From positions 1 to 20,992 of the forward strand of contig NW_021824321.1 of NCBI RefSeq assembly GCF_006345805.1: a stretch of DNA of 20,992 bases, given 5' to 3'. The notes beneath the pieces are model-generated. The model searched no databases, had not been told where the DNA came from, and saw nothing but the letters and a program-made list of their open reading frames with translations. The position numbers and the translations under genes are program-made. Source of the stretch: Octopus sinensis (lineage: Eukaryota). Shown in pieces: positions 18,666-20,992 of this stretch (positions are counted from its first letter, which is position 1; the number at the start of each line of letters is the position of its first letter).

Positions 18666-19132
18666 GAAACAGGTACAACAGCTTTCGATATGTTGTTGTT
18701 TTGAGATAAGGAAAACTTCTCACCAGGAATTCATAAAAAATACTTTCTCGTAATTTAAATACGTAGTTTTTTTTTTAGTTTTTATTTTAATGGTAGATTC
18801 AAGGATACAATGTTTTTTTTTAATTTAATTTTTTCATCTCGAATAAAGAATACGCAGAATCATGTAAGGGAGATAACTCTTAAAATGCAAACTCCTTAGT
18901 TTTAATTAATTACCATATTTTAAAGTGTATAGGTAATCCTTGTGTATAAGAAACCCCCTAATTAGGTGGGGGCTGAAAATTTGGAAAAAAGGGTTTTATA
19001 ACGGATTATAATACTATCAATGTATAAGAAACTCGCATACTTTTTTAACATGATTTTTGATTAAAAAAAAAAACGGGCTCCCTATGTTATATACTGTATT
19101 TCCTTTTCGCAAGGCATACAGGCATGTGAAAC

Positions 19133-19339
19133 TGTGTGTGTGTGTGTGTTTGCCCCTCCACTATCGCTTGACAACCGATGTTGATGTGTCTACGTCCCCG
19201 TAACCTTAGCGGTTCGGCAAAAGTGATCGATAGAATAAGTACTACGCTTACAAAGAATACGTCTTGGGATCGATTTATTCGACTAAAGACGGTGCTCCAG
19301 ATGGCCGCACTCAAATGCCTGAAACAGGTAAAAAGAATA
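19133..19339 (+). mobile_element. SINE family B, 3' half
   Basis: Reverse complement of the 13107-13310 segment, ending GAAACAGGTAAAAAGAATA. Confidence 0.82.
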
Positions 19340-19722
19340 TATTCGACGGGCTTCATCCAGTTTCCGTCTATCAACTTCACTCACAAGGCTTTGGTCGGTG
19401 CCACGCAGTGGGACCGAACCCGCAACCATCTGGTTCAAAAACAAGCTTCTTATTTCTTTTTTCTTTACTACCCACAAGGGGTTAAACACAGAGAAGACAA
19501 ACAGGGACAGTCAAACGGATTAAGTCGATTATATCGACCCCAGTGCGTAACTGGTACTTAATTTATCGATCCCGAAAGGATGAAAGGCAATGTCGACCTC
19601 GGCGGAATTTGAACTCAGAACGTAGCGGCAGACGAAATACGGCTACGCATTTCGCCCGGCGTGCTAACGATTCTGCCAGCTCGCCGCCCTAAGCTTCTTA
19701 CTACATGGCCACGCCTGCGCCC
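19340..19722 (-). mobile_element. SINE family B 5' half with an internal deletion, interrupted by a family A insertion
   Basis: 19340-19452 plus 19701-19722 reconstruct the family B head (...AAGCTTCTTA|CTACATGGCCACGCCTGCGCCC). Confidence 0.8.
19453..19690 (-). mobile_element. SINE family A, full-length, with 10-bp target-site duplication
   Basis: AAGCTTCTTA occurs at 19443-19452 and 19691-19700. The head is GGCGGCGAGCTGGCAGAATCGTTAG and the tail is A-rich. Confidence 0.92.
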
Positions 19723-19891
19723 ATTCCTTCACCGCAGAGTACATGAATTAAAGAAACCGACAAGACAGACATTTATTATACGGGGACACAATTGGGTTTT
19801 ATAAAGAGACGCACAAACTGACACTTCTTCTTCCGTCGCAAAATAAATTTTAGATATTCGAATTTCATGGAATATGCAAAGCTACGAGCGG

Positions 19892-20202
19892 TATTCTTTC
19901 ATTCTCTTACTTGTTTCAGTCATTTGACTGCGGCCATGCTGGAGTGCCATGTTTAGTCGAAAACTCGACTCCGGGACTTATTCTTTGTAAGCCTAGTACT
20001 TATTCTAGCGGATCTCTTTTGCCGAACTGCTAATGTCACGGGGACGCAACACACCAGCTTCGGTTGTCAAGTGATAGTGGGGGTGACAAACACAGACATA
20101 CAAATACATACATACATGCACACACACACACACACGCGCACACACACAACACACACACACACACATACACGCACACACACACGCACGCACACACACACAC
20201 AC

Positions 20203-20235
<33 letters not shown>

Positions 20236-20294
20236 GCACGCACGCAAACACACACGCACACACACACACACACACATACATGCATATATATATA
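19892..20294 (-). mobile_element. SINE family B 3' half plus expanded internal (CA)n/(TA)n, cut by the mariner insertion
   Basis: 19892-20110 aligns with 13107-13310, and the microsatellite runs to the TA at 20293-20294. Confidence 0.82.
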
Positions 20295-20992
20295 TTGGGT
20301 TGGCAACTAAGTTCCTGCCGTTTTTTTAAATTTAAATGTTTTAAAAGGTTTAATAAAATAATAACTAATTAATTAATAATGTATTCACCCTTGTTGTTTA
20401 CAACTTCTTCGCAACGTTCAACAAGATTTTCAATACCTCGTTGGTAGAAATCACCTGATTTTGACTCAAAAATTTGATCCAACCAAGCTCTCAATTCTGC
20501 ATCAGTTTTGAACGAAACTCCGCGCATAGCATTTGAAAGAGATCGAAAGAGGTGGAAATCCGTTGGTGCCAAATCAGGAGAGTACGGCGGGTGTGGCAGC
20601 ACTTCCCAGCCATGCGTTTGAATGGCTTCCTTGGTCATATTGGCGATATGAAGACAAGAGTTGTCGTGCAGCAGCAGAACTCCATGTTGACAATTAGGTA
20701 TTTTCTCTTCAATAGCCGTGTTGAATCGTTCCATCTGTTGAACATAGAGTTCCGCGTTGACCGTTTGGTTCCGTTCATGCAATCCGCAATGGATAATCCC
20801 TTCCCAGTCCCACCATACACACAACATCGTTTTACGCGGATGAAGATCTTGTTTAACGCGCGGTGTCGCTTGTTTACCGGGGCTAAGCCATTCCTTACGC
20901 TGCTTCATATTGATGTACAGGCACCATTTTTCGTCGCCAGGAACGATTCGGTAAAGAAATCGTTGCTTGTGTCCATGAGTTGAGTGGTGACG
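20295..20992 (-). mobile_element. Mariner (Tc1/mariner, DD34D) DNA transposon, continuing beyond the window
   Basis: TA target followed by the TIR-like TTGGGTTGGCAACTAAGTTCCTGCCGTTTTT, with a transposase on the minus strand. Confidence 0.93.
20369..20992 (-). CDS. Mariner transposase catalytic domain (partial; the frame is open to the window edge)
   Basis: RFLYRIVPGDEKW...MLCVWWD...LLHDNSCLH...HPPYSPDLAPTDFHLFRSL, with 34 residues between the second and third Asp. Substitutions at conserved sites suggest an inactive copy. Confidence 0.85.
   Translation of the reverse strand, partial: RHHSTHGHKQRFLYRIVPGDEKWCLYINMKQRKEWLSPGKQATPRVKQDLHPRKTMLCVWWDWEGIIHCGLHERNQTVNAELYVQQMERFNTAIEEKIPNCQHGVLLLHDNSCLHIANMTKEAIQTHGWEVLPHPPYSPDLAPTDFHLFRSLSNAMRGVSFKTDAELRAWLDQIFESKSGDFYQRGIENLVERCEEVVNNKGEYIIN

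Noticed and set aside
18909-19100. Possible pogo/Tc1-type MITE (repeated TGTATAAGAAAC)
   Set aside because: I could not pair convincing terminal inverted repeats.
65-20372. Dozens of ORFs rich in Y/I/C/V/M/H/T/S/L/E/R
   Set aside because: They are translations of stop-free microsatellites (TA, TG, TATG, TC, GATA, AAT) and show no domain signal.
20369-20992. SETMAR-like host gene
   Set aside because: A TIR and TA target flank the ORF and no SET domain is visible, so it is an ordinary mariner copy.

Overview
AT-rich, microsatellite-saturated animal genomic DNA, most likely octopus. That assignment is inferred from the tRNA-derived SINE families I recognise and has not been checked by a search. 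No host protein-coding gene can be supported, and almost all listed ORFs are translations of simple repeats. The window is a layered transposon graveyard. It holds two Penelope-like (GIY-YIG) retroelement remnants, one absent from the ORF track and carrying the typical inverted pseudo-LTR, plus several hammerhead-ribozyme-like motifs, the best at 10751-10836. It also holds two Helitron-like non-autonomous elements and many copies of two SINE families. There are 5'-truncated LINE remnants of four clades (R4/Dong-like RLE, RTE-like with three tandem C2H2 fingers, CR1-like, L1/Tx1-like), each embedded in its own microsatellite, and a mariner (DD34D) that runs off the right edge. Two recent tandem duplications (about 1138 bp and 446 bp) have breakpoints inside microsatellites.
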